Notes: a model not told the origin generated them from the sequence alone. Positions 11,980 to 26,229 are shown, counted from the whole stretch's first letter. The stretch: 56,778 nt of DNA, filler included, from Bipalium vagum (GCA_037834085.1; 3 parts of 3 records of this genome joined end to end with filler, not necessarily neighbours in it); one strand, 5' to 3'. Program-made: numbers and translations.

Positions 11980-12035
11980 TTGGTGTCAAGAAAAAAGAAT
12001 AATAAATGTTGATCCTCCAAGAATTGATCCTTCAT
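11980..12035 (-). CDS. Candidate first coding exon of the N-BAR gene (MKDQFLEDQHLLFFFLDTK)
   Basis: MKxQF resembles the RICH-family start MKKQF. It ends in phase 2 at a GTGATT donor, matching the phase-2 start at 9338. Upstream acceptor near 12054. The rest of the peptide is atypical and two gaps intervene. Confidence 0.35.
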
Positions 12036-12199
12036 ATTTGAGAATTTTCTTTCCTAAAATAAATAAAGTTAAATCGTTTACTTTATATTGAGCAATCCCC
12101 GTTGGTTTTTTTTAATATCTTTACTTTTTATTAATTATTTATTATTTTCATACAATTTATTATTATTATTAAATAAAAATAATTTTTTCATCATATTAG

Positions 12200-12760
12200 G
12201 ACTTATAATTAGTTTTGCCCTGATTCGACCTGAAAAAGAAAAGAAAAATTCTCATTTTGGGAGCTAACGATCTGATTGGTCGATAGCAATTATAAAAGAG
12301 GCCTCCAAAATTGAGCACTTCACACTCAGTAAACTATTACTTGAGAATTGAAGAGAGAGGGACTTATTATTTACGATTTAATATTCGCTGTGACACTGAT
12401 TGATTATCATTACTAAATTGGTAATATACGATTTATGTATTGTCCATGATTGTGCTTGAGATCTGAGGAATTGAAGTACGTAACAATAAAAAGAGCTCGT
12501 GTAACTTACTAGACCCAAATGAAAATTCGGCTGAAGATTGTATACATTTTTAAGAAAAGAATCATCAATTTTATTTTACTTTTGCTATTGGTATCTTGGC
12601 AATTTTGAGGAACTGTGTGTTTGGTGAGATAAGTTTTGAATTTTGTGACGTACCTGGAGACATTATTGAGATAGATTTTTTGTAAATTTTGTTATGATCA
12701 AATAAAGGTTTATGACTTAGGCGTTATTGGTTTATAAAGAAATTAGATTATTAAAAATTG
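12200..12760 (+). mobile_element. Degenerate LTR-like copy
   Basis: GATTGG...TATAAAAGAG promoter core and a downstream GGTGAGA motif, shared with the LTR copies at 16538 and 18008. Ends not defined. Confidence 0.35.
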
Positions 12761-12769
12761 TTATGCGAT

Positions 12770-13480
12770 CCTTAGATCGGCTCGATCAAAAGAGAAACTT
12801 GAAAAATAAACGAAAATATTTAAGTCAACTAAAAGATTTAAAAACGAACACAAATAATTTATAAATTTATTAAACAAGTAATTGATTCGATATTCCTCGA
12901 TTGAATCTTTTGGCGCCACCGCTATTCATATAGATATGATTGCAAGAGATCACCATAGACGCCCTTCATTGACACGATCTTAGTTTTCAGTTTCCCCAAA
13001 ATCGATTCTAAATTTTCATCTTTAGACATTTCTGCATAGAAATTAATAACGACAGATTTTGGAATGACCGTGTCTTCAGTGACTGGCTTTTATGATCTAC
13101 CCAGGGCCCATAAATGTAGAAAATGAATACATCTATTTGGAGGTAGTTTAAATTTCTCAAAGAGTTTTTTCTAATAGAAAAATACCTATTGTAATTTATG
13201 CAATTTTCGTGTAGCAGTGCATTTATCTAAAAACATTAATATTAAAATTAGTATTATAAATTACCTGATAGAAATAACAGAACTAAAAACTTAAATCTCC
13301 TAAAAACATAATTACACCGGATGGAACACCCATCACTATGCTGTTTATTTATTTAATATCCATTTCTTTATTATAAACATGAAAAAGTTGAGTATTTATA
13401 AAAAAAATAATTAATGTAATCGATCGGTCAAAAAAGATACTTGTTAATAATTTTGGTCAAAAAAGATAATTGTTAATCCT
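12770..13480 (-). mobile_element. Merlin-like element remnant (inverted relative of the 51090-52190 copy)
   Basis: 13027-13110 is the near reverse complement of 51740-51823, and 12899-12958 matches 51983-52028. GGTCAAAAAAGA subterminal repeats at 13425-13467. Confidence 0.65.
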
Positions 13481-16400
13481 TTTAAATAAACAAATAATTA
13501 TTAATTTAATAATTATTAATTTAATTATAATTAATATTAACATTTTGTTAAATTTGTGATTTCTATAAAAAATTTGTGTATTTTTTTGAGAAATATTTTT
13601 TTCAACTTTTTTTCCTTTATGATATAATATTTAGAATTAATTGGATTTCAGGAAAATGACACAACTTTGATTATAGTATGTAAATTAACGGTAATTGAAA
13701 TTATCATATTAATTCAACTAAGAATGTCATGAATCATGATGGACAGTCTGACCTGAAAATAGACTCAACATTATTTATCAAAAAAATTGTTTACCAATTT
13801 AAAATTGAAGTCACAAAACAATGACATCATTATAATAAATGAAAAATATTAACAACACTAAATATAACTTGCAGAAATTATAAAGAATGTTTTAAAATCC
13901 GGGGTTAAGCTGAATTATTATAACAGAAATAATTATTTTTACAACATAATTATCAAATAAATTAAATGAACTAATAAATATTACATTACAAAAACGAGGA
14001 CCAAAGTGAACAGAGCTAAGAGTAAAATATGTCAGTTAACCCAAAGATTTCACTTAATTTTTTTTAAAACTTTTTGTCTATGAATTTATTTTTTACTCAT
14101 ATCATTACTCAAAATTACTGTTATCCTATTTTAAGGTTTCCTTTTTTTTCAGATTTATTTATGGTAATATTTTTTCCAAAATTTATCAACGTAATTTGGG
14201 GTAATAAATTTCAATTATTTTAAAGAAATAACAGAGGTGATAATTTTTTTAAAAAGACTAAATGTATTTGATGTTGATAAATGTACANNNNNNNNNNNNN
14301 NNNNNNNNNNNNNNNNNNNNNNNNNNNNNNNNNNNNNNNNNNNNNNNNNNNNNNNNNNNNNNNNNNNNNNNNNNNNNNNNNNNNNNNNNNNNNNNNNNNN
14401 NNNNNNNNNNNNNNNNNNNNNNNNNNNNNNNNNNNNNNNNNNNNNNNNNNNNNATTAAAAACTGCAAAAAATATAGTTTAGTTATTTTTAATACAGGACT
14501 AGTTGTCTACTCATCAAAACCAATTGTTGAAGATAAAGAATTTCAAAATATAAAACCTACCAGATTCAAAAAATTTAACAGAAAGAGAAATTTTAAGGAA
14601 TTGTTACTTTTTAAAGTTTGTAGATCTAGGTGTAGAATCCAGGAAACACAGCTAGATGCATATTCATAGAAAAATTAAATAATGTCTCCTGTTAAAATCA
14701 ATAAGCAGAAATGGTATAATAATCTTGAAAACGAACTCATAATTTTAATTTATAATTAAATTAAATCAATAATTGAATAATTGGTTATCAAAAAATTAAA
14801 CAAAGAATTATATCAAATAGATAATCAAATTTATTAAAAATTTATTAAAAATAAACTGTTAATATTAAACAGCAAACTAAAGATGAATAAAAAATTAATT
14901 TTGCAATTTGTCAAACTAATAATATCCACTAAAACAGATGTAAAATAATACAGGCCACCTTAATTATAGCATTTACATTTCAATATATTTAGTATAATAA
15001 TTATATTATCATAATTATATTTTTATATTAAATATATTATATTAAATCAAATTTGTTAATATTATCAATATTAAAGAATTTCACCTTTGAAATTTCTCAG
15101 CTTTTCATGTTAGTAAAACAAAGGATATTTTTTAAAAGTTGAACAGTAATATAGGCTTTCAATTTGATTAGAAAACTTATAGTGATATAATAATGATTTC
15201 TAAAATTTTGCTGATTTAATATTTCTTTCAAGAGTTCAAAATAAATTTGGAATATAAACATTTCTAATTAATTTGGATATAGCAGAATTGATAAAATTAT
15301 TCTTATTATATTAATTATGTAAAAAAGTTTAAATTTTTTAGATATTTAAAATACTTTTATAATTCAGAATTATTACTCAATCTCTTATTTTATTTAAATA
15401 CTCTTTTATAAATCCTTAATTAATTTATTTAGAATCATTTATTAAATAATTTAATTTTAAGGTAAAGTTTTACCTAACAAGAATTGTGTGGAAACACGAT
15501 ATCAGTGACCCACATTTGAGTTAAGCCAGTGACTTCATGCTTGGATGTGGGATCGAGATCATGGAGCTCAACTTCAGACCATATGGTTTCTCCAAAATAT
15601 TGTATTTGAGTTCTATTGACAAATTTTAAGTGAGTTACATTGTTCTTTCTGTTATTAGATAAAAAAACAAATATAAATATTGTAAATAGAAATATAACTA
15701 AGTATAACTAACTATCTCGTAATTATTTTGAAAAATACCAGAATTATATTAGATTAATTGAAGCGACGAAGTAGACATTTTTAAATATTAAAATGTATTG
15801 GTTACGACATTATGGTATTGTATGTCTTCGTGTGGTTTTTAGTCTGAATTTTTGTCAAAACTGACCAGATATATATATTTCCTCTGATGTACTTGATTCA
15901 TTAAAACATTCATTTGGAATTATGTGAGGTTTATATTAATGTTTTATTTAACTGCAAAATGTTTAAATAAATATTATAGATTTCTCACAACCTTTGAAAA
16001 TATTTCTTTGTCTCATTGCTTTATTTGTACTTGATCCCGCTATTTGTTTGGCCATTAGTTTACTCAAATCATTGAATATAAAAGGTAGATATAGACTACT
16101 CATTGTTTCAAAATTAAATATCTCATTTTACATATTTTTTTAACTTTCTTATTTTGCTTCCTTCTGATGCATTTTTCCGATTCATTTGCACATTAAGTTC
16201 TACCATAAAGTTTAGAATTCTGTTGGCTTCCAGAATAATCCTCGATTTTTATTATTCCTTCATTATTGTAATTTTTGAATTTAAGACTTGTATAATTGGT
16301 TTTGTAATCCTTTTTCTTGAATCTGCATTTTCTACATGATTCTGACTATTTTCTGCGATTTTGTGGTTGTTGTTATGTTTTCACCAGTTGTTATGTTTTT

Positions 16401-16537
16401 CAATAATGGATATGACTCCAATTAATGTGTGATAATAATAAGGTAGAATAATAATCACAAATAATAAATCAACTAAGAACATCCTTTTTTCAAATTATAT
16501 TTGCTTATTATATTTTTTAGAAAAGAAAATATAATTC

Positions 16538-17568
16538 TGTTGGGTTAGCCAAGGACACATCCCTGCCAACCCTTGTAAAAGTAGAAGTATGGTAGAGACC
16601 GCAATAAGATTTAGATTGATTATTATCAATTAATTATTAAGACCACAAGAGGGTCAGAAATAATATTAATAATAATAAAATAATAATTATTAATTAATTA
16701 AAAATTACAAAAATGGGCAATTAATTATTTCAAAAAAGGTCTAATCTTGACAATGGCGAACCTAATCTGTTAAGATTAGATCAGGGTCCGCAAGTAGGGA
16801 CCGATTTAAAATAATCAAGCTAAGAAGGAAATTGAAATTCCCCATTGATAAAGCTGTTCTACGATTGATTGATCGTCTGACTAGAATAGTATACAAAGAG
16901 TTGGAATCCGCAGTGGATTGCCACAGAATTGAGATCGAGAACTATTGCTATTCTTTTTGATCGTCGGAAGATTATTGCTAGAAGAAGAATTGTTGCTATT
17001 GCATCGGATGATTATAGTTAAAAGAATTATTGCTATTTTCGTCGGAAGATTATTGCAAGGAGGAGAACCATTGTCATTTGCTATTATCTGAAGACTTTTT
17101 ATTCGAAATTGTAATTCATATTGATGCCCTCTATGCGACAGGAGCACACGATGGGTCCTATGCGGTTAGCGGGTTTCTGAGCGGACCGGATTGGGCTCAG
17201 CTAACCACCCTTTGGACCTGTCGTCGAAAGTGGTGAGAGTCTCTAAATTTTTATTCATTTTCTTTTCTTTCTTTTTAATTAACCTTACGTATAGATATTT
17301 ATTTAATATTGACATTTAATTATTTAATTATTAACATTTGATTTTCAGTGCGTTAACATTTGATTTTTCTTTTTGTGTGAAAACACTTGATTACAAACAT
17401 TTGCTGATTATTTGAACCGTTTCGTTTGTATTGTTATTTTAGTAATAAATTGTTGTTCATAATTGTTTGATTCATTCATTTGTGTACACGTATAGGCTAA
17501 GTGAAGGGGTCACTAACTTTGGGAGCTGAGTGTTACTACAGCGTTCATAGTGAGTTAAAATCGTAACA
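16538..17568 (+). mobile_element. Solo LTR (Gypsy-type) with 4-bp target-site duplication
   Basis: Starts TGTTGGG and ends GTAACA. Flanked by ATTC on both sides (16534-16537, 17569-17572). Terminus shared with other copies in the window. Confidence 0.75.
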
Positions 17569-18007
17569 ATTCAATCAAAATGACAAAATCATTTAGAGGT
17601 TTGATCAAAATTACAATTATTGCTTAATTTTAAGATCTCAATCTATACTAGGAAGGGTGAAAAAAATTACGAATTGGGTGACAAATTCACCAAAGTGTAG
17701 ATGCTAGAAAATGAAAACAAAAGAAATAACTAATAATTTTAATTGAACCAAAGCATAAATAGAAAATTATTTTCATGTTCTGGGTAATTAGATTTTTTTG
17801 TGAATATATAGTAATAGTAATTCACTTACATTTTATTAATTTTTGCATAATTTACGAGTTTTAATAAACTCAATTCTTTTACTGAATACCTTCAAATTGT
17901 GTTATGATAATATTTTGAATGGTCAAAATATGATTTTTATTTGAAAAACTAATTATATTAAAATCCTTGTATTAATTTTAAAAGTTTTTGAATTGTCTGT
18001 ATCATTT

Positions 18008-18979
18008 TGTTACTATTATCCTTAAACTAAAATATGACTTTCGATCGAAATCAATAACCCCTCACTATTCAATGTTGTGTTCGTTTTACAGTAACATAAA
18101 CTCTACTGAATAAAAACTCACACAATAAAACTTTATTCGTACCCAAATTAAATCAAAACAATCGTCGTTAAACTTTATTAAAATTCAATCGTTATACAAA
18201 TCATAAATTGTAAATCAAATTTCCTGATCAATTGCCTAAAAAATCAAAGAATCAAATTCCTGAGAAATCACAGTAACAAAATCGATCAAATCTCTGCACA
18301 AATTAATACAAGAAAACGTCAAGTTAAACAAAATAAAATAATGTATAATTAAAAGCAAAATGCAATACAAATAAAATATAATTTAAATGAAATTTATACA
18401 AGGTAAAAGAAGGGAAAAAAACCGAAAATAGTCTCACCCGAAGCGACAATGGGTCCCCGGGTCGTCCTCTAGGTCCTTTTTAGGTCAACTAGGGACTCAA
18501 AAGCTCGCTGGACCACATAGTGAAATCCTTTTGCATATTTGACAAATCAAAAATCATTACTGAAATCTTCGGAAAAACTTCCTCAATCATCCTCAAAAAT
18601 ATTTTCCTTGGCAATTAAAAGTGAATCAACAAATAATTCTCTCAATTTTTATTTTGAGCGCTTTCTGAGAATAGCCGTCTCTTTATATAGCCGTAGAGAT
18701 TAGCTTACGATCTCCAATCCCTGCGCTTTGAGACAGCTTTTTCCTTCAATAACCCATTAATTTTAACTTTATCTCCACGCCAAGAAAAATTTAGTCAAAA
18801 AGTAATAATTTATTATCCCAACGATGGGATATTATTTATTTAAAATTTAACTAATCCAATATATCAAAATCTCGACGATGAGATTTTGATATATTACTTT
18901 TAGTAATTTTTTAAAATTTATTATTATTATTATTATCAACCCCAACCTTTTGCGGTTTGTGCCTTTGGCAAACCCAACA
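18008..18979 (-). mobile_element. Solo LTR of the same family, reverse orientation
   Basis: TGTTAC...GCCTTTGGCAAACCCAACA termini. Internal ATTGG/TATATAAAGAG promoter and TTGTCGCTTCGGGTGAGA motif on the minus strand. No clean TSD. Confidence 0.65.
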
Positions 18980-21856
18980 ACATGCTTATTTATTTACTTA
19001 TTTGTATTAACGAAAACAAATTGGATTCAAAGAAATATAGAAAACAAAATTTCTGACAAGTCATTTATTTCATTTAAAAATAAGATTATATGAATAAACT
19101 TTTTAAATAGATTTCATAAAAGAACTATCAGGAAAATAATTTATATTACCCTTCTGCTAATTTTTTTTACTATTATAGTGAATCTGATAATTCACTTACA
19201 ATTTACTTATTGAATAAAATATTGTGTTTTCATAAACACTTGATAATTTTCTTTTAATAAGATTTTTTACTAGTATTTTTATTTTAACTCCAAATTTTGT
19301 TTTTAACCTTTTTAAAATGTTTTTTTTATTTTACTCTAATTATAATAAACTAATAATATAATAAATAATATAATAAACAAATAAACTAAATTTTGTAATT
19401 TTGTAAGTACTGTATTATATATTATAATTATAAATTAAAAGTTATTAATTAAAAGTTTGTAAGTTAAATAAATTTAAAGGTTTTTAAAATGATTAATTAA
19501 TAATATCATAATTAACATTTTAATAAAATAATATTGTTTAAATATTAAACAAAGAACTATTATATGTCTTGACAGAACATAAAAATCTACCAATGGTTTT
19601 CAAATAAATATTTAGTTGCCAATTTCTTTCTACTGATGGTTGTTTCATATTAAGTATCCAATAACTTGAAAAAGAATCTTAGAATTGAGTAAATCCCTTA
19701 AGTGCCTCCAACCATTAATTTGAAAACAGTAATCTGAGTCCTGAATAGTTGTGAAGACATGAATGTGGCAAGATGACGATGGTTTACTATTGTAAATTGA
19801 CAGTCATCTTTTATGATTGAAGCATTGATTTTTATTAACACTCGATCTAAGAGCGAAATTACAAAGATTAACATGTATTATGGGAACATGCAAAATCCAA
19901 TATATTAAAAACCATTTTTATTTTAAGTTAATGAAGATGCATTTATGAATTAGGTTAATGTATATTTTTATCATGTATTAATTATTTATGTTATGGAGTA
20001 ACGAATGAGTAACTTCAAAGTGCCTATGTATCAAAAAATGGTTCATCACTGGAATGCGGTCCCTAGAAATAAAAGTGAACAAAATATAAATATCACTGAG
20101 ATTAAACTTCCAGATATATTTCCAGTGATCCTATCATAATGTTTACCAATGTTGATATATATATTTAAACCTAAAGATTATACTAGTATTATCTAATATT
20201 CATTTATTAAAAAATAATCTTACCTGGATCTCGATAATTATGCTTAATTAACAGATCCATAATAATGAAAACTAAAACTTATTTTCTGATATAATTTTAA
20301 ACCAATAGTTCAATTTAAGTTTTCTATTTATTATTATTGTTTCGAGTTCTGCTTATTTCATCTGTTACAGGTCCTTTTAATCTGTATAATAGAAGTAGAC
20401 ATTTTTAAAAAAATTAGTAAATCATATCACTTAACAAAATATATCTGGTTATCTATGGACAAAATCTTATTTGACATACAAAGAATTATTTCAGCAGCAG
20501 GAAACGACACAATAATATTGCCATGTATTGAATAATGAACTGCAACAATATTCATGAAGTAATTGTGACACCCAAATATTGGAGGATGAAGGTGATAATT
20601 CTACCAAGTTGGAGTTTGCATACCATAAGCTCATGAAATAACCATAATATAGAAAATAATTTAACGAGTAGGGTAATATAAAATAGCAAATATGGCCGGA
20701 AAAGAAATTGGATTTTTGTTGCAATTATGTTTATTAAATTGCTCAATATTGTAAAACTATGTACATTAAATAAATTAATTTTCTCATTAGTTGAACAAGG
20801 TTTTTCTGCAGTACTAAAATCTTGTGATATACTGAGTGCTAAGTCTTTTCTCAGATCCACAAGGTTAAAATGCTAGATATCTTCATCGTGTGTAGCATGT
20901 GAGATAATTATAAGTTAACAAATAATTACTGATATTTGATCACATCATAGTCGAAGTTGTTTAAATTTTCGAAAAGTTTAGTAGATTTTTTATTAAATAA
21001 ATGAGGGTTTGTCTTCAAACAAAGTTTATTTCTACTGAAGTTCACACAGACAGTCGAAAAAGCTATCATCTAGCTAGCTCTAAATCGTGCTCAGTATCGA
21101 GACAATCATGCCTGGTTTATTATTACATAAATGAAACAGTGGAACAACAGTTTATGTAAAGAAGCAGCCGGTCTTGATGTAACTATAAAATTAATGAATT
21201 GGAAACTGAACTTGAATTGTTAACATTTTACTGGTAACCAATGATAAAGTCTAATTTCTTCTGAGGACAAATTATTAATACCTTTGAAGCGAAGTGCATA
21301 ACCCTTGGTTTTCTTGTGAAGTCATCCTGATGGCATTTGGAAAGCACTAGATGTGAAGATATAAGGCATTTTCACAATCAAAAGATTTAAGAAATTCTTA
21401 ATGTTTCAACATCTCAATTTTATCTTATTTGAGTTTTTCTATATAGTTTTTTCGTGTTTGAATTGTATCAGTTCATTGAATAACATTTTCTTGGATTCTA
21501 GAAAAGATGTTGAATTTAGTATGCTACTTATAAAATTTCTTTAATTTTTCAACTTTTTCCTAAATTTATTTAGGCTAAAATCACCTGATTTTAATGTGGT
21601 GTGGGGAGTATTATTTATGTTACAGTGCTTTTTTCATAGAATCCCTTACTCGACTAATCAAATATATAGGACGAGTGCATATAAAAGATTCAATAAGTAC
21701 TTTAATTTTTATTACGATTGAAAAGCTTTGTTGATATATTGTAATTTAATAAAATTTTTACTATAATACAGGCAGCGAGATTATGATATTTTGCTTTTTA
21801 GTATTATTTTAATTTAATAAAAAAATTTTTTTTTATTATTGTTCAACACCTTCATA

Positions 21857-21879
21857 TTGTGCCTTTGGCAAACCCAACA
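21857..21879 (-). repeat. LTR terminus of the same family
   Basis: TTGTGCCTTTGGCAAACCCAACA, identical to the end of the 18008-18979 copy. Confidence 0.6.
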
Positions 21880-23907
21880 AAAATGTTATTTATAAAGCAA
21901 TATATTCAAAAACGTCAAATGAATACGACAGAAGAGTAACCACAATTACTGGGCTTTGGACAGGAGATACAGCAAAACAAATTTCTGAGTACAACATCCC
22001 ATTACCGGACCATTTTTAATCGAAAAAATGTATAATATTAGTCCTGATGTTGCCACATAAACAACGAAAATCACAAGATAAGCATCGATTACATAAGTCC
22101 GATGTCGTGTGAAGAATTCAGGAAATTATCAATGAAGATCAAGGAAATAGAAAGTGAAGTAGCGAAAGAAATAGGATATATAAGACTTCTGTGCTATATT
22201 GTTTCATTTGTTAAAATTTTTCAAACTTATCACGCCCACATTGTATTGTGCGAGTTTTTTGAAAACCTTGAAGGGGTTCTGAATACTCTGAACTCACAAA
22301 GTCTGATAAAATAATATTTTAGTTTTAATTAAAAAATCTGAGCCAAGATTGGGATTATTGATTTTGTTATCAGTTTAATAATTAACTGAGTTTATGTGGA
22401 CTAGTGACACTAAATGATAAAAATATCTTTTTGAAATTTTCAGAAAAATATTATTTTACACATTTTCTGATTATCATAAATTTTGTTTATTAATTAGTTC
22501 GAAATGTATTTGAAATTATCATTGAGGAAGTCATTACTGCTGATTGGGACTGAATTATTTTTCAACACAAATGAACATAGTAATAGGCTTAAAAATAATA
22601 GAACTTTTTATTATTTAAGGAAACTTTTTTTAGTTATTTTGAATTATAGACGAAATTATTTCAAATATCTTCCCTTTCAAAGACATTTGATTAAGAATTA
22701 GTAAAGGTATTAAAGTATTGTATACACCTGGAAACCTTTCGATCAGATATATTGGAGACTAATGTATGATAAGCAGTGAATATTATTTTGATCTGGATTT
22801 AATAAGTAAAGAATTCGAAGTATTTTAAATGTTTTTCTTATTCTTAAAAATTACTACACAGAAAATGTTTCTTTATATAAACTATATATTTCTTTAAAAT
22901 AACTAACAGTTTTTGGAATATTAAGTTTTATCCAATTACTAGAATGTATAAAGTAATAATTCGATTTGAAAATGTAATACCTTACAATATATTCAACAAC
23001 TCTACAAATTGTTAACACAGTAACATTTGTTTATCAAAATTTAATATTTTTCTACAAAATGACCATTAACTTTAATACAATTATGTAAGCGATTTTAAAA
23101 ATCATCCATAAAATTATGACACATTTCGGGTGAAATTTTAGGTACTCCGTTTGAGTGACATCTTTCAGGTCTTGATTATCTTTGGCTTTGTTCTATATAT
23201 ACCTGTCTTCATATATCTCAAGCCTAACTATTGTAATATATTTCACCATTTCCATTGGCAGTCTTCCAGACTTCGATAGATCACAAATACTCTCAGTCTA
23301 TTTAAACTTTGCAAATATCTTCCTTCGTATTCTCGTAATATATATCTTTTGCCATTTCAAGTGTTCTAAATGACCTCTGATTAATGTGGTTTATTCTATT
23401 TTAGCTATCATTGAAACTACTTGCACTCTTTCTTCAATGGATAACATTATTAAAATTGAATTTATTGAAATTAACTTCGATAAAATCGATTTATTAAAAC
23501 AATTAAATGGTTACATTACATTTCGGAAATTCTACTTCTTAGAAAAATATAATTTGAATATATTTAATTATGATATTCATATTTTGCTAATTTCAAAAAT
23601 CGGATAATGCCTTTATACACACCACATATCCATTAAAATGTTATTATATCACTAAAGTATTATAAGGTAATTTTTTTATTATAAGGTATATTATTATTAT
23701 AAGGTATATTATAAGGTAATCATTTGTGTACAATACCGTTCATATGTTTGGAGCCACCCCTGTAATTTACATAAAATGATGGAAATATATAATTATAATT
23801 ACTTTAATTTATTTTATATTTAAATATATGGAAAAATATGTTAAATCAAATGTTTCCTCAAAAAAAAATTAAAAAAATTTTTTTCAATAGTAGAAAAATT
23901 GAATTTT

Positions 23908-24583
23908 TCAAAAACATGAATTCATGCGATCCGGACACCTTATGAGAATTTCGGTGCCATCTTCTTTTATAGCGCCCCAAACCATTAAACTCTTGCCACT
24001 GAATTTTACAGTTTTTGTTATATATTTGGGACTATATCTGAATCCTTGTGGTCTGCGAACGTATTCTCTTCTTCTGGAACATAATTCTAGCCTACATTCG
24101 TCTGTAAAAATGACCTCATTCCAAAAAGAAGGAAGTAATTTGCCATACTCTCTGCACCACTTTAAGCGATTCTTGATGTGCCGCTCATTCAACAGCGGTT
24201 TCTTTGCTGCAATCCGTCCAAATAACCCATACTTCCTAAGAACACGTTTCACAGTACTTACTGAAGAAGTTTGACTTCCTTCCAATTCAAGCAATAGCTG
24301 ACGTGCTGTTTTCTTGGGATGTTCCTTTGACATACGAATTAGCCATCTTTCAGATCTTGCTGTATTTTTTGGCTTTTTATATATCTTCCAATGTTTTATG
24401 TTGTTGCAACTTAAGTTGGATACGTTGCACTGCATGCCGTGATAAATTAAGCATATTTAAAATTTTTCTTTGTGAACAACCGTCTTTCAATTTTTGAATT
24501 ACTAAGATTCTCAAATCCATCGACAACCGAGTCATATTTAACCAAAATATTTCTAAAAATATATTAGATAACAATGTGTAAAA
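23908..24583 (-). mobile_element. Tc1-like transposase, 5' two-thirds, frameshifted
   Basis: MTRLSMDLRILVIQKLKDGCSQRKI (HTH), GRIAAKKPLL, WNEVIFTDECR, SLMVWGAI motifs. Truncated before the catalytic E. Confidence 0.9.
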
Positions 24584-24683
24584 NNNNNNNNNNNNNNNNN
24601 NNNNNNNNNNNNNNNNNNNNNNNNNNNTTAATTAATTAANNNNNNNNNNNNNNNNNNNNNNNNNNNNNNNNNNNNNNNNNNNN
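24584..24683. other. Artificial scaffold spacer N44-TTAATTAATTAA-N44
   Basis: A palindromic 12-mer with stops in all six frames, centred in a 100-bp N block. Identical construct at 40342-40441. Confidence 0.9.
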
Positions 24684-26229
24684 AATTCACTTTTCAGATG
24701 TTTCATGTCCTCTGTTTGCAAATCTTTTTATTTCCTAAACTCGAGAAAAATGTCATGCGTTCTATCAATGTATGCCGACAGCTCTTTGCCAAAGGAATAT
24801 GAGATAGATCACAGTTGGTTCCGATTTCACTAACTCAGAATTTGTTATGTTACCGTTACTTGTAACAGTTATGTTAAATATATTTACAAGTCAATCATTT
24901 CATCTTTTCTTCTAATGGTTCCGAATTCAATAAATGAAACTTTGCTTGGTAATTATTATTTCCTAAATGAACAAAAAGATTAACATAAATTATTTAATGT
25001 CCTTTTTATTCTTTTCCTCATTCCTCTTACGTTTTATGTTACGATAATAAATTGATAAAAAGGAAGGCTTTTGTTGCCCTTATTTATTTGATCTCAACAT
25101 TATTTATGCAAACCCAAGAAGGAGGAAGTGTCGAAAAAGAATTTTCATTTTTAATTTTGTTCACATTAACGAAATCCCAAATTGATTGAAAGAACAATTG
25201 ATAGATAAAACGTTATTAGGGGATTCTGCAACAATATGAACAGTGACAAAGGAGGCAGATTATAATAAAAGCGTAATAATAATAATAAAAATAAGAATAT
25301 TTACAATAATAATAATACATTTGTCCCTCACGCTGTTATTATATTTCTATTGTTTCAATTTTCTTTCGAAACTCATTGATATAGTTTAAAAAACCTTTCA
25401 TGAATGTAGTTTTCATTTTATTCGAAAATTCCGATAAAGAATAAAATAATATAAATCTTTTTTTATTTTATTTTTTTATAAAAATATTATGGAACCATGG
25501 AAATTAATATTTATGTTTAATAAATTAAATTTATAGCAAGCTTGTTAAGCTATAAAACAAAGAATGTACTGAATAGGAACAATATTTACCTTCCATTGTC
25601 TTAATTTCTTTCGGTATTCAGTAAGGCTTTGATGAATTTCCCTTTGAAAATATCTTTCACGCTGCAAAATAAAATACAAAGAATGTGTATTCCACACGAG
25701 GAGAAATATTACTTTAATACATATTTTACATTTGCGGGTAATACTTGGATACGGACTTTACTGAATAAGATTCCATTGTCTGTTACACGTTATGCTTTAC
25801 CATTTGTCTTTTGATATCACGAGGTTTTATTCTATTTGATAAGCTTTTATTTTAAATTAAAACATTGAAGAAGAAAGAAAAATATTTATTGGTGGTACAA
25901 GGAAACCTTCTGATAATAAATAATATTACAAATAATAATACAATTACAAATTTCATTATATACCTGATTATGTGGTCTTATCACATTTTAACGCCCTTTT
26001 TGAAATTCTAACTAATTAAGTGAAAGCCAACAAGAAGAAAAAACAGTTTTCAATGAATAATTAAATGTCACCTAAGAAATGGGTGTTTATATTTCAAAAA
26101 AAATTTCGTGAATATTGGTATAAAGAAAAGAAAATTATTTTTAAACAAATTAAGTGTTAAAAGAAATGAATTACGAATTTAAAATTGTTGTTTAAAATAT
26201 TTTTTACAATTAAATTAGTATTTTTTATA

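Noticed and set aside
14237-14669. ORFs spanning N runs (also 3240-3467 and 11194-11412)
   Set aside because: Artefacts of translating gaps.
16881-17236. ORFs within the LTR
   Set aside because: Arise from a local duplication (GTCGGAAGATTATTGC) and higher GC; no protein motif.
8055-20550. Idea that TGA is read as Trp (TGA at apparent Trp positions in lectin-like traces)
   Set aside because: Intact genes in the window use TGG for Trp, and the traces contain other stops and frameshifts.
24628-24639. TTAATTAATTAA palindrome as a biological element
   Set aside because: Centred in Ns and repeated identically at 40386-40397, so it is a synthetic linker.
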